Shown: in pieces, positions 24,077 to 34,086 of the stretch | Layout of the letters: every line of letters begins with the position of its first letter | Position numbering within the stretch: position 1 is the first letter of the stretch | Sequence record: OR769032.1 | Direction: 5' to 3' (one strand) | Source: Escherichia phage JoYop | DNA: 64,000 bases | The notes under the pieces: model-generated | What the model was told of the DNA's origin: nothing | Databases searched by the model: none | What the model saw: the letters and a program-made list of their open reading frames with translations, nothing else | Program-made: the position numbers and the translations under genes

Positions 24077-25171
24077 ATGGCAATTGTTAAAGAAATAACT
24101 ACTGATTTAATTAAAAAGTCCGGTGAGAAAATTTCAGCCGGACAGAGCACTAAATCAGAAGTAGTAACTAAAACATACACAGCCCAGTTTCCAACTGGGC
24201 GTGCTAGTGGTAATGACACTACAGGGGACTTCCAGGTAACAGATTTATATAAGAATGGATTATTATTTACTGCATACAATATGTCATCTAGGGATTCTGG
24301 AAGTCTTAGATCGATGAGATCTAACTACTCTTCTTCATCTTCGAGTATTTTAAGTACAGCTAGAAACACTATTAGTAGTACAGTATCAAAACTATCAAAT
24401 GGATTAATATCAAATAATAATTCAGGAACAATAAGTAAGGCTCCTGTTGCAAACATTCTTTTACCGAGATCTAAGTCTGATGTTGATACATCATCACATA
24501 GATTTAATGATGTTCAAGAAAGTCTTATCAGCAGAGGCGGAGGTACTGCTACTGGTGTGTTAAGTAATATTGCTTCAACTGCAGTATTTGGGGCACTGGA
24601 AAGTATAACGCAAGGTATAATGGCTGATAATAATGAACAGATTTATACGACAGCCAGAAGTATGTACGGCGGTGCTGAAAATAGAACTAAAGTGTTTACA
24701 TGGGATTTGACTCCACGTTCCACAGAAGATTTAATGGCTATTATTAATATCTATCAGTATTTTAACTATTTTTCTTATGGTGAAACAGGTAAATCTCAAT
24801 ATGCTGCTGAAATAAAGGGGTATTTAGATGATTGGTATCGTTCTACGTTAATTGAACCTTTATCTCCGGAAGACGCAGCTAAAAATAAAACACTATTTGA
24901 GAAAATGACAGCAAGTTTAACGAACGTTCTTGTAGTTTCAAACCCGACAATTTGGATGGTGAAAAACTTTGGTGCAACATCTAAGTTTGATGGAAAAACT
25001 GAAATATTTGGTCCATGCCAAATACAGAGTATCAGATTTGATAAAACGCCTAATGGTAACTTTAACGGATTAGCTATTGCTCCAAACCTCCCTAGTACAT
25101 TTACTCTCGAGATTACTATGAGAGAAATTATCACGTTAAACCGTGCTTCTTTATATGCGGGGACTTTCTAA
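24077..25171 (+). CDS. 48: Baseplate tail-tube junction protein gp48 (364 aa)
   Basis: 364 aa equals T4 gp48. Confidence 0.85.
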   Translation: MAIVKEITTDLIKKSGEKISAGQSTKSEVVTKTYTAQFPTGRASGNDTTGDFQVTDLYKNGLLFTAYNMSSRDSGSLRSMRSNYSSSSSSILSTARNTISSTVSKLSNGLISNNNSGTISKAPVANILLPRSKSDVDTSSHRFNDVQESLISRGGGTATGVLSNIASTAVFGALESITQGIMADNNEQIYTTARSMYGGAENRTKVFTWDLTPRSTEDLMAIINIYQYFNYFSYGETGKSQYAAEIKGYLDDWYRSTLIEPLSPEDAAKNKTLFEKMTASLTNVLVVSNPTIWMVKNFGATSKFDGKTEIFGPCQIQSIRFDKTPNGNFNGLAIAPNLPSTFTLEITMREIITLNRASLYAGTF

Positions 25172-26136
25172 TGTATTCTTTAGAGGAATTTAATAATCAA
25201 GCAATAAACGCAGATTTCCAGCGTAATAATATGTTTAGCTGCGTTTTTGCGACAACTCCATCAACTAAAAGCTCTTCGTTGATAAGTTCAATTAGCAACT
25301 TTTCTTATAATAACTTGGGCCTAAATTCAGATTGGTTAGGATTGACTCAAGGCGATATTAATCAGGGAATTACCACGCTAATTACTGCTGGCACACAAAA
25401 ACTAATAAGAAAATCGGGAGTCAGTAAATATCTTATTGGTGCCATGAGCCAGCGTACCGTTCAGAGTTTATTAGGCTCATTTACAGTCGGTACATATTTA
25501 ATCGATTTCTTTAATATGGCGTATAATTCATCTGGATTGATGATATATTCTGTAAAAATGCCAGAGAATAGATTATCTTATGAAACTGACTGGAACTACA
25601 ATTCTCCTAATATTCGTATAACTGGGAGAGAATTAGACCCTTTGGTTATTTCATTCAGAATGGATTCAGAAGCTTGTAACTATCGTGCAATGCAAGACTG
25701 GGTTAACGCTGTTCAAGACCCAGTAACTGGACTGCGTGCTTTGCCACAAGATGTCGAGGCAGATATTCAGGTTAATCTTCATGCTCGTAATGGATTACCT
25801 CATACTGCGGTGATGTTCACTGGATGCATTCCAGTGTCAGTGAGCGCTCCTGAGTTATCATATGATGGAGATAACCAAATAACTACATTTGATGTTACTT
25901 TTGCGTATAGAGTCATGCAGGCTGGGTCGGTTGATAGACAAGCTGCGCTTGAATGGCTTGAATCTGCTGCTATAAATGGTATTCAAAGCGTTCTTGGAAA
26001 TAGTGGAGGTGTTACTGGATTATCTAATTCGCTTTCACGACTTAGTAGATTAGGAGGAACTGCTGGAAGCATTTCAAACATTAATACTATGACAGGAATT
26101 GTCAATTCGCAAAGTAAAATATTAGGAGCAATATAA
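25171..26136 (+). CDS. 54: Baseplate tail-tube initiator gp54 (321 aa)
   Basis: Size and position; ATGA-type coupling with gene 48. Confidence 0.85.
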   Translation: MYSLEEFNNQAINADFQRNNMFSCVFATTPSTKSSSLISSISNFSYNNLGLNSDWLGLTQGDINQGITTLITAGTQKLIRKSGVSKYLIGAMSQRTVQSLLGSFTVGTYLIDFFNMAYNSSGLMIYSVKMPENRLSYETDWNYNSPNIRITGRELDPLVISFRMDSEACNYRAMQDWVNAVQDPVTGLRALPQDVEADIQVNLHARNGLPHTAVMFTGCIPVSVSAPELSYDGDNQITTFDVTFAYRVMQAGSVDRQAALEWLESAAINGIQSVLGNSGGVTGLSNSLSRLSRLGGTAGSISNINTMTGIVNSQSKILGAI

Positions 26137-26140
26137 CAAT

Positions 26141-26158
26141 GGGGACCTTTCGGTCCCC
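26141..26158 (+). terminator. Hairpin ggggacctttcggtcccc plus T-run after gene 54
   Basis: 7-bp GC stem followed by atatttttt. Confidence 0.6.
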
Positions 26159-26165
26159 ATATTTT

Positions 26166-26456
26166 TTATTTACGGAATGAAATAAAAGCAGCAACTGAAG
26201 CAACTAAACTGTCTTCAATATAAACTTCAATTTTTACCGGAGCTTCTGACTCAAATTTACCTGTTACTACACCTTGGAAAATGCTTTCAGTCTGTTCTGG
26301 TTTTGAAAAATTTTCAGAAGGAAAAATTCCGAACTTTTTATCTGTTCCAAAAATTTTAATAAATTCATCATAAACTGCTTCATTGAAAGCATTATCAGCG
26401 GGAATAACGCCTTCAACTACAAGTTCTTGACCTAAAAAGCGCAAAGAAGATTTCAT
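26166..26456 (-). CDS. Hypothetical protein (96 aa), last gene of the alt operon
   Basis: ORF with ATG start and SD GAGG; own early promoter upstream. Confidence 0.55.
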   Translation of the reverse strand: MKSSLRFLGQELVVEGVIPADNAFNEAVYDEFIKIFGTDKKFGIFPSENFSKPEQTESIFQGVVTGKFESEAPVKIEVYIEDSLVASVAAFISFRK

Positions 26457-26487
26457 TTTGTGTTCCTCATGTTATGTAAGTAAGATT

Positions 26488-26516
26488 ATTATAACACAAC
26501 ATGAGGGACTTGTAAA
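26488..26516 (-). promoter_or_regulatory. Early promoter: -35 GTTTACA, 17-bp spacer, -10 TATAAT (minus strand)
   Basis: rc of 26511-26516 is TTTACA and rc of 26488-26493 is TATAAT; a near-identical element recurs at 41934-41962. Confidence 0.55.
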
Positions 26517-28574
26517 CTACATTTTGAACTTTTTAGACATTCCGTCGATGTTAACCAAAGAAGCCAAGATTTGAGAAACTTCATTTTCCTCTTCTTTTGA
26601 TTCTTCTACAAGGAATTGATTAAATCCGGCCATTGGACGAACTTCACCAGTTTCCATTAGATGGTCGCCATCATATACAGATTCCTCTAATTGTTCAGAA
26701 GGAGGAACAATCGTGCCTTCAACAAGATACTTATTATAGGCAGTTTCTTTCATAAAGTAAGTACTTACTTTATTAATCTTCAGTAAAATTCCACGCGGTA
26801 GAATAACTTCAGCTTCTGATGGAAATCCTGATAAATGACCCGGAACGATAACTTTAACTCGCTCAGCCCCTTTAATTACCATACCTACGCTAGTTTCAGC
26901 ATCTTCATTAGCATATGTAGAATGACTACCCATATGCATTAAATCTTCGGCGTCAACTGAACCTTCTCCTTCGCCAGAAAATACTGCTCCAGAATCATCT
27001 AAGGCCATATAGTTTTTACCATATTCACCAAAGATATTTGGTTTAAGCGATGTAGATACGAAGTTCTTGAAATAGAACATTTTATTTTCAATGTTATGAC
27101 GCAAAGTTTTAAAGGTAACTTCTTGCCCGCGGTAAAGAGTAGTTCCTGGAGGAAGAACTGAACCTTTAGCGAATGCAGAATCTAACGCTTCGATGTTCTT
27201 AATAGCACGTTCCATATATTCTTCACGGGTAGAATCTGGTTTACCCAAAAGGAACGAGTTCATTTCAACATATGAATCTGCACAATACTCTTCAATTACA
27301 TCAGACTCAGCCTGAGTTAATCCTTTTGGAGTTACTTCGGTGCTTGCGTATTCGTATGCCTGGGCAGCAGATTCATTAATCAATTTATAAATGCCATTCA
27401 TTACAAATTGAACAATAGCTGTCTTTTCATCTGGTGTAGCTTTAGAACCTTTAACTAAATCATTGACAATTTTCTTAATAACATCAAAGCTATTAGAAAT
27501 ATTAATGTCAGCAAGATCGCTTAAAATTTTATCAGTTTTATAATCAAAGAATTCTTTATTCTTTAAATATTCCTGAGAACCTTGATATGATATATCACTC
27601 TGCAACTTGATCGATGGATCGCGTAAACGCGCATGAGCCAGTGCAATATGATTTCGGAAACTTTCTAGTTCATAATCGTTAGATTTAAAACGAGAAGCAC
27701 TCCTCATACCACCGATAGCTCCTTTGCTGAAGTTTGAACCAACTTGAATAGCGCCAGAGTTCATTGGTCCTTCTGCTTTATATACCGGAACTTTAGATTC
27801 AAATTCCTGATACTTCTTAGCAGCGAAGCTATCGCCCTGAAGTGAAGCATCGACAGTAGAATATTGAGCTTGTGCTGCTAATCGACGACTGATTTTAGTT
27901 TTCTGAATAACAGCTTGATCAGTACGTTTATCATTTTCCAAAGCAATAGAAGCAGCAACAGCAACAGCTTTAGGAACCGCGTCTCCTGTTTTAACGTCTA
28001 CATAAACATCACCGACCTTTGATTCAACTTTTGTGAATAGCTCTGTTGAAATAGGAGGTACACCTGGAATGTCTTCTAATTTAGCATTTTTACGGTAAAC
28101 CATAATATATGCATATTTCTTATCATAGTCCCAGATTTCCTTTAAGAGAACATATCGACCTGCTCCTTTAGTACGTACTAAACGGTCAGCAATAACTTGC
28201 ATTTGACGAGCAGCTCCATTTGTTTTACTTTTTAGTACGCGGAATAAGCATGCGTCAATTTTATATTGCTTCATCGTTTGAAGAGCAGTATCAAAAACGG
28301 CATTAATAACGCCAATTGGATTTCCACCCAAATTTTTAAGCTTAACTAATGATAATTTCTCGTTGACACCTATCATTACGATATGCATCATTTTATCACC
28401 TGGTTTAACGTTTTTATTTGTATCACCACCAGAGGTGTATGTACAAAATCTAAATCCAGGGAGAACACTTTCTTCACCGGCTTGAATAGCAAAAATTTGC
28501 GGTATTTTATGCTTAGGATTTAAGTTAACAACCGGCGCCGAAGCGCCGTCAAATAATTCTGTAATAAGTTCCAT
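26517..28574 (-). CDS. Alt-like mono-ADP-ribosyltransferase paralogue (685 aa)
   Basis: N-terminal 220 aa closely parallel Alt (MELITELFD...); retains R-S-EXE ART motifs (LYRGQ, FVSTSL, EAEVILPRG); starts 3 nt after the alt stop. Confidence 0.8.
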   Translation of the reverse strand: MELITELFDGASAPVVNLNPKHKIPQIFAIQAGEESVLPGFRFCTYTSGGDTNKNVKPGDKMMHIVMIGVNEKLSLVKLKNLGGNPIGVINAVFDTALQTMKQYKIDACLFRVLKSKTNGAARQMQVIADRLVRTKGAGRYVLLKEIWDYDKKYAYIMVYRKNAKLEDIPGVPPISTELFTKVESKVGDVYVDVKTGDAVPKAVAVAASIALENDKRTDQAVIQKTKISRRLAAQAQYSTVDASLQGDSFAAKKYQEFESKVPVYKAEGPMNSGAIQVGSNFSKGAIGGMRSASRFKSNDYELESFRNHIALAHARLRDPSIKLQSDISYQGSQEYLKNKEFFDYKTDKILSDLADINISNSFDVIKKIVNDLVKGSKATPDEKTAIVQFVMNGIYKLINESAAQAYEYASTEVTPKGLTQAESDVIEEYCADSYVEMNSFLLGKPDSTREEYMERAIKNIEALDSAFAKGSVLPPGTTLYRGQEVTFKTLRHNIENKMFYFKNFVSTSLKPNIFGEYGKNYMALDDSGAVFSGEGEGSVDAEDLMHMGSHSTYANEDAETSVGMVIKGAERVKVIVPGHLSGFPSEAEVILPRGILLKINKVSTYFMKETAYNKYLVEGTIVPPSEQLEESVYDGDHLMETGEVRPMAGFNQFLVEESKEEENEVSQILASLVNIDGMSKKFKM

Positions 28575-28577
28575 GAT

Positions 28578-30626
28578 TTATCCTTGAACGAACTTGTAAG
28601 GCATGTTTGCAATATCTATGCAAGACGCAATAATTCCAAGAGATGATTCTACTTTCTGTTTAACATTTGATGAAACAAATGATGCAAAGTCAACTCTGTC
28701 TTCTATATCACCTGTCATTGTAACCAATTCACCAGTTTCCATTAAATGATCTCCGTCATAGATTACCGATTCGGTGAGTTCTTCTGTGGTCATAACTTCA
28801 GCTTGAATAAGCTTGTTGTTAGTTTTAACTGTTCCATCATTGTAAGATGCATCAGTTATTTTATTAACTTTGACCATTAATCCACGTGGCAAAATAACTT
28901 CCATTTCATTTGAAGGCGCTAAACTTCCACCGGGTAAAACAACATTGACTTTATCAGCCCCATTAATAACCCATCCAATTCCAACTAAATTATCGCTAGA
29001 ATTTACAAGCCCTTCATCAGTTTTATCAATAGAAACGCTTAAACGCTTTTCGTCTGGTAAAACACCCACAGATGAATCAGTCATCCAGGTACCAAAAATA
29101 TTTGGATATAATGATGTTGACACAAAATTTCTAAAATAAAAAACTCGATTTTTTACCAGTGCTTCATATATTGAAGGTAACATTCGTTGTGAACGATACA
29201 AAGTAATACCTTTTGGTAATCGTTCACCATTTTTAAAAGCAGAATCTAAATTATCAATAGCTTTTTCTATATCAGATGCTGTCAAAATACTTGTACGCTC
29301 ATCTGGATTATATAATCCCAAAAGAGCGTTATTTATGTCTACATATCCTGAACCTACGTATTCACGAATTCCGCGTTTTTGTGCCGGTGTATATTTAGAT
29401 GAATCTTTATTTTCGACTATGGGATGTAATGACCATCCAGCTGTAAGAGCATATCCACGCAATTCTCTTCGAATAATCTTTGTTTTTATTGCATTCCAAG
29501 AATTTTGTACTAACTCATTCGCAGCATCTTGATTTAAATGTGAATGCTTGTTAATATTTCTTTCTAACCAAGCGCCTTTATATTTTTCTAAAGTATCATC
29601 AACTATAGAAGCAATAGTTTCTAAAGTTTTTATTGAAGTAATAGATTCTTTTCGTAATATTTCTAAAGCTCTATTTTTTATTTCTGCATTAACATCAGAT
29701 TCTTTATCTTCAGGAATTATAGAAGCTTCTCTGAATGCCATTCCAGCTGTAACACTACTAAGAGCATTCTCTAATGCAAATCCTGAAGTAGAAATAACAG
29801 TTAATTCATTAGCATCAGAAATTAAAGGAGCGTCAGCAGGTTTATTTAATTCTGCTGCTGAAGCCTCAAATTTTTGAAACATCGGCGTTTCAAATCTAGA
29901 AGATTCCAATGACTGACTTTGTGCAATTGCTCTACGGGAAATTTTAACTTTAACGATTACAGCTTGGTCAGAACGCTTATCATTTTCTTGCGCAATAGAT
30001 GCTGCAATTGCCTCATTTTTAGTTACTTGAGCTCCAGTATCTTTATTGATATAAACATCACCGACTTTCGATTCAACTTTAGTAAAGAGCTCAGTACTAA
30101 TTTCTGGAACTCCTGGAATGTCTTCTAGTGATACATTTTTGCGATGTATAAGAATATATGCATACTTTTTATCATAATCCCAGAGTTCCTTAAGAAGGAC
30201 ATATCTGCCACCTGAACGACTACGGATAAGTCTATCAGCAATAACTTGAATTTGTCGAGCTTGGCCGGCGGTTTTAGACTTAAGAATACGAAGCATACAG
30301 GCATCAATTTTATACTGACGCATTGTTTGCATTGCAACAGTAAAAACTGAATTGATATAATTAATTGGGCTTGGACCGAGACCTTTTAATTTAGCAATTG
30401 AACCTTTAGCGGTTAATGTAAAAGGAACAATGTGCATCATTTTATCGCCCATTTTTAAATCGCGGTTAGTATCACCTCCGGATGTATAGGTACATAAACG
30501 AAAGCCTGGTTGTTCAATTGCATCATCAACATGAACTGAAAAAATTTGTGGTATTTTCTTCTTTGGATTTAAGTTTGTAATCGGAAGAGTAGTATCTTCG
30601 TCAAATAATTCTGTAATAAGTTCCAT
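28578..30626 (-). CDS. alt: Alt, virion-packaged mono-ADP-ribosyltransferase (682 aa)
   Basis: Matches T4 Alt as recalled (MELITELFDEDTTLPITNL...); R-S-EXE motifs LYRSQ, FVSTSL, EMEVILPRG; ORF track has an extra upstream Met. Confidence 0.85.
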   Translation of the reverse strand: MELITELFDEDTTLPITNLNPKKKIPQIFSVHVDDAIEQPGFRLCTYTSGGDTNRDLKMGDKMMHIVPFTLTAKGSIAKLKGLGPSPINYINSVFTVAMQTMRQYKIDACMLRILKSKTAGQARQIQVIADRLIRSRSGGRYVLLKELWDYDKKYAYILIHRKNVSLEDIPGVPEISTELFTKVESKVGDVYINKDTGAQVTKNEAIAASIAQENDKRSDQAVIVKVKISRRAIAQSQSLESSRFETPMFQKFEASAAELNKPADAPLISDANELTVISTSGFALENALSSVTAGMAFREASIIPEDKESDVNAEIKNRALEILRKESITSIKTLETIASIVDDTLEKYKGAWLERNINKHSHLNQDAANELVQNSWNAIKTKIIRRELRGYALTAGWSLHPIVENKDSSKYTPAQKRGIREYVGSGYVDINNALLGLYNPDERTSILTASDIEKAIDNLDSAFKNGERLPKGITLYRSQRMLPSIYEALVKNRVFYFRNFVSTSLYPNIFGTWMTDSSVGVLPDEKRLSVSIDKTDEGLVNSSDNLVGIGWVINGADKVNVVLPGGSLAPSNEMEVILPRGLMVKVNKITDASYNDGTVKTNNKLIQAEVMTTEELTESVIYDGDHLMETGELVTMTGDIEDRVDFASFVSSNVKQKVESSLGIIASCIDIANMPYKFVQG

Positions 30627-30649
30627 CATATCCTCTCTAGTGTTTATTC

Positions 30650-30657
30650 TATTTATA
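30650..30657 (-). promoter_or_regulatory. Late promoter box TATAAATA (minus strand) for alt
   Basis: Plus-strand tatttata 24 bp upstream of alt ATG; Alt is a late, head-packaged protein. Confidence 0.6.
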
Positions 30658-30662
30658 AAATT

Positions 30663-30680
30663 AAAGGCCCGAAGGCCTTT
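30663..30680 (-). terminator. Hairpin aaaggcccgaaggccttt downstream of the 62-aa ORF
   Basis: 7-bp stem overlapping the stop of ORF 30679..30867. Confidence 0.4.
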
Positions 30681-30867
30681 AATAATCTAGTGGTAAGAGA
30701 GTACGGTATATTTCAAACTTTGGACCTTTTTCATAGGCATCAAATGTTTCTGTAAATTTATTATAAGCATATGCATCTACAAATTCGAGAATGACTTGTG
30801 ATACGGAAGTAGAAACATCTCCGCCTTCTTTTTGAGCTATAACAATTGTTTCTAAATAAGCTTTCAT
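30679..30867 (-). CDS. Hypothetical protein (62 aa)
   Basis: ORF overlapping the gene 30 stop by 4 nt. Confidence 0.45.
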   Translation of the reverse strand: MKAYLETIVIAQKEGGDVSTSVSQVILEFVDAYAYNKFTETFDAYEKGPKFEIYRTLLPLDY

Positions 30868-32327
30868 AGACCAGTTACCTCATGAAAATCACCAAATACA
30901 TCCTCGAATGTATTAGCTTTCGTTTTATCTTCACGTAAACGAATTGCAATTGGAAGAAATAATTTAACGTAATCAGTACGTCCATCAGATTTTAACCAAC
31001 CATTGCATTCGCACTCTAGAATTTTTCCAATATAATAATTTTGGTTTTCCATAATACGAGTACGGTCAAGTTCATGTGATTTTACACCGGCTTTATCTTT
31101 TAAGCCTGAACCAGCATTTACCTTAATTTTTCCACACTCTGACTCAAGAATAAATCCACCCGCTTTAGTAGGGTCTTTACGGTGAGGATAAATTCCTACA
31201 ATTTTTAAATCAACATCAATTACTTCTTTAAATTTATAAAGATTTTTTGAACGGGCATTTTCCCATAACCCATCAACGTTTTTGAGAATAATACCTTCAA
31301 GACCTTGGTCAATATACTTTTTATAAATTACCTTGGCTTCGTCTAGGTTATTTACCACCTGGTTTTCAATTAAAATTACTTTGTCATATCCTGATGTCAT
31401 TTGTTCTAGTTTAGAAAAACGTACATCATACTTTAAACGAAATGCAGGAAGACCATATATTTCTACCAGCGGTACATAATCCCAGACCTGAAACTTCATG
31501 CATTGAGCTTCTTTTTCTGAAATAGTTCCCTTTAAAGATTTATTAGCGATTCCATTAGAAGTAGTACGTGATTCAGCTACTTCGGCGAATTCTTTAGCTT
31601 TACTAATTTCAGGATAAGCATCAAAAAGAAAATCTAGGCCTTCTGGCTCCTTTTTAACTTGCTCATGGTATACCAATTCGCCATCAATTAACACACCTTC
31701 TGGATGAATCTGGCGGGCTTCAGCGGTCATTTTGATTAACTCTTCTTTGAGAAGGTCTAATCCTAGATATTCATTACCAGCTCGTGATAAAAGACGAACA
31801 TCATCTAATTCATCACCTCTGACTTCAGCAAAACACCGAGCTCCATCAGCTTTTAACTGTGCAAAGGCTGGAAATTTAATATTCTTATTAATGCCTTTTT
31901 CATCATAAGAACTTGCAAGCATTTGAGGCTGTTCAGGAATTAAGCCTGGCCAAACTTTATTTGCAATAGATACAGAAGCACCGCATTCAAGGTCTCGCAT
32001 CATTACTCGACGTAATACTTCAACATCATCCTTTTTACCATCAGTGATATATCCAGTTAATTCCTCAATTGCAGCATTTCCAGTCAATTTCCGAGTAGCT
32101 AACGTGAATTCAATGAAGTCAAGCATATCGGTAATAGTCAGCATTCCAAAACTCTGGGTAGCAATACCAGGTTTAGGCCATTTCTTGATATAATACTGTA
32201 ACCCACGAGAATAAGTCAGACGATATACCCGTTTAAGCAATTCATTATCTTTATTCTTTTCAAGAATTGCTTGCTTCTGCTTAGTTGATCCAATAGATGC
32301 TATTTCATTCAGAATTTTAAGAATCAT
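30864..32327 (-). CDS. 30: ATP-dependent DNA ligase gp30 (487 aa)
   Basis: 487 aa equals T4 DNA ligase; adenylation motif LKADGARCF. Confidence 0.92.
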   Translation of the reverse strand: MILKILNEIASIGSTKQKQAILEKNKDNELLKRVYRLTYSRGLQYYIKKWPKPGIATQSFGMLTITDMLDFIEFTLATRKLTGNAAIEELTGYITDGKKDDVEVLRRVMMRDLECGASVSIANKVWPGLIPEQPQMLASSYDEKGINKNIKFPAFAQLKADGARCFAEVRGDELDDVRLLSRAGNEYLGLDLLKEELIKMTAEARQIHPEGVLIDGELVYHEQVKKEPEGLDFLFDAYPEISKAKEFAEVAESRTTSNGIANKSLKGTISEKEAQCMKFQVWDYVPLVEIYGLPAFRLKYDVRFSKLEQMTSGYDKVILIENQVVNNLDEAKVIYKKYIDQGLEGIILKNVDGLWENARSKNLYKFKEVIDVDLKIVGIYPHRKDPTKAGGFILESECGKIKVNAGSGLKDKAGVKSHELDRTRIMENQNYYIGKILECECNGWLKSDGRTDYVKLFLPIAIRLREDKTKANTFEDVFGDFHEVTGL

Positions 32328-32593
32328 TGCTCATCCTTCAAAGTTTGGTTTACAGCTCTATTATAAATCAATTCATCATTAAGCTCAGTTAAAGACTTAT
32401 GATATGTGGTTCTAACTTTATTTCCTTGCATCCAATGCTTGACGTAAATGAAACCTTGCTCTACACATTTTTTAAAAATTCGTTCGTCTTTTTGAGCTCG
32501 GAATTCTGGATTGCATCTAAAAAATTGATTTACGTGACCGTAATCACGTGTAGTATTACCTTCATTTTCATAAATAGTGTGAACAACAAACAT
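32324..32593 (-). CDS. 30.1: Hypothetical early protein (89 aa)
   Basis: Positional; nine ORFs between 30 and rIII match the T4 30.1-30.9 count. Confidence 0.55.
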   Translation of the reverse strand: MFVVHTIYENEGNTTRDYGHVNQFFRCNPEFRAQKDERIFKKCVEQGFIYVKHWMQGNKVRTTYHKSLTELNDELIYNRAVNQTLKDEQ

Positions 32594-33432
32594 TAGAATG
32601 CTCCTTGGAAAATATTATCACCACAAGTAGGTCTATTATACAAATACTCTATGCCACCAGGTTTAATATAGTTCCATGTCTGAAACGGATGTGTCTGATA
32701 TGGATGATATAGATGATTATAAGGATTAAATCCAGGCGTTCTCCAGGTAGTGTTCCAACGAAAAGAATCGTTTTTAACCATCTTCTCAATTAAATCTTTT
32801 ATAGCTTTTTCACTATCAAAACTTTCTTTATTTTCCTTTGGTGAAAAAAGCTTATTTTCTACATCATTCCATGTATAAACCCGCTGAGCAGTTTTTGGAA
32901 TATTGTCACGCTCTCCTCGAGCCATCCAATAAACCGGAACATTTAATATTTCACTCGCGTGGTCGCAGTGGTGAGCGAGATCGTCAATATAACAAATTAC
33001 GTTATATTTCTCTTTTGCCTTTTTGAATAACTCTTCTTTTGAAGAATCATGACCACACATCATTACTTCTGAGAATGCACCAGGAAAAAGAGCATTCAAA
33101 TTAAATTGACGATTCAACAGAGCGTCAATAGAATCACCTAATGCTGTAACAGCTACAAAATTATAATCTTCTTTTAGTTTGTTAATTACGCACAGGGCAT
33201 CTTTATATGGAGACAAGTAACGAATAAAATCTGATCGATTGTATTTTTCAATTAGCTTGACACCAAGTTCTTCGTCACAATTAAAAAGTTTACCAGGTGA
33301 AATAAATTTTTCATCTTGAATCATTTTTAAAATATGTTCTAACGGAAGATTATATTTCTGAGCAAAATAAGGAAGACCTGATTGCCAGCTTAAACATACT
33401 CCATCAATATCAGTTAAAATAGTAGGCTTCAT
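32593..33432 (-). CDS. 30.2: Hypothetical early protein with HAD-phosphatase-like N-terminus (279 aa)
   Basis: N-terminal LTDIDGV resembles HAD motif I; positional name. Confidence 0.55.
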   Translation of the reverse strand: MKPTILTDIDGVCLSWQSGLPYFAQKYNLPLEHILKMIQDEKFISPGKLFNCDEELGVKLIEKYNRSDFIRYLSPYKDALCVINKLKEDYNFVAVTALGDSIDALLNRQFNLNALFPGAFSEVMMCGHDSSKEELFKKAKEKYNVICYIDDLAHHCDHASEILNVPVYWMARGERDNIPKTAQRVYTWNDVENKLFSPKENKESFDSEKAIKDLIEKMVKNDSFRWNTTWRTPGFNPYNHLYHPYQTHPFQTWNYIKPGGIEYLYNRPTCGDNIFQGAF

Positions 33433-33887
33433 AGAGAGTCTCTTAATAGGTTTAACACATCAATAAATTCAGCTTCGGTTAGTATTGTATCATCTTTTGT
33501 TAGACCACTAGCCATGCTGTGCTTCAAAACTTTTCCTTTCGAGGCTTGTAATGCATCGCGAAAGCCCTTGTTTTGGAACGCTGCTTCAAAATATGCATTT
33601 GTGTATAATTCTTTCCATGCTTCGGAATATCTTGAAAATGGAACTCCAAGCCAGAACAACGTGCCACGGTCCTGAGCTCTAGCATAAGACCTTCCAGCTT
33701 GTTGGGCGGCAAGCCCGGATAACCCAAATATACGACGTTGGTGTTCAACATTTTTCACCTTACACCCTTGGAGGAATCCTTCGAGACCTCCAAATTGGAT
33801 ACCATTCATAACGAAAGGCCATTGGGCGAAATTACTTAATGCACATGATGGCCATTTAAAATTGCTTCTTATCTCTAGCTCAGACAT
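33429..33887 (-). CDS. 30.3: Hypothetical early protein (152 aa from ATG)
   Basis: ORF track start 33893 is TTG; ATG at 33887. Confidence 0.55.
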   Translation of the reverse strand: MSELEIRSNFKWPSCALSNFAQWPFVMNGIQFGGLEGFLQGCKVKNVEHQRRIFGLSGLAAQQAGRSYARAQDRGTLFWLGVPFSRYSEAWKELYTNAYFEAAFQNKGFRDALQASKGKVLKHSMASGLTKDDTILTEAEFIDVLNLLRDSL

Positions 33888-34086
33888 TTTCAATACTTAT
33901 AATTTCAACATCAGCCCAATGACCATAGCAAGGAAGACGAAATTCAACTGGCCAATTAGGGTCCTTTTCTAATATAATAGACTCAACTTGTGGTTCTTCA
34001 TGTTCATCAGTATATGGATTTTTATCTGTTACTTTATATGTGACCTTAATGTACTGAATTCCAAAAATCTTATTAATTATATTCAT
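33880..34086 (-). CDS. 30.4: Hypothetical early protein (68 aa)
   Basis: Positional. Confidence 0.5.
   Translation of the reverse strand: MNIINKIFGIQYIKVTYKVTDKNPYTDEHEEPQVESIILEKDPNWPVEFRLPCYGHWADVEIISIENV

Noticed and set aside
33524-33751. 75-aa ORF embedded in 30.3 in another frame
   Set aside because: Could correspond to a T4-style internal ORF but has no independent evidence from sequence alone.
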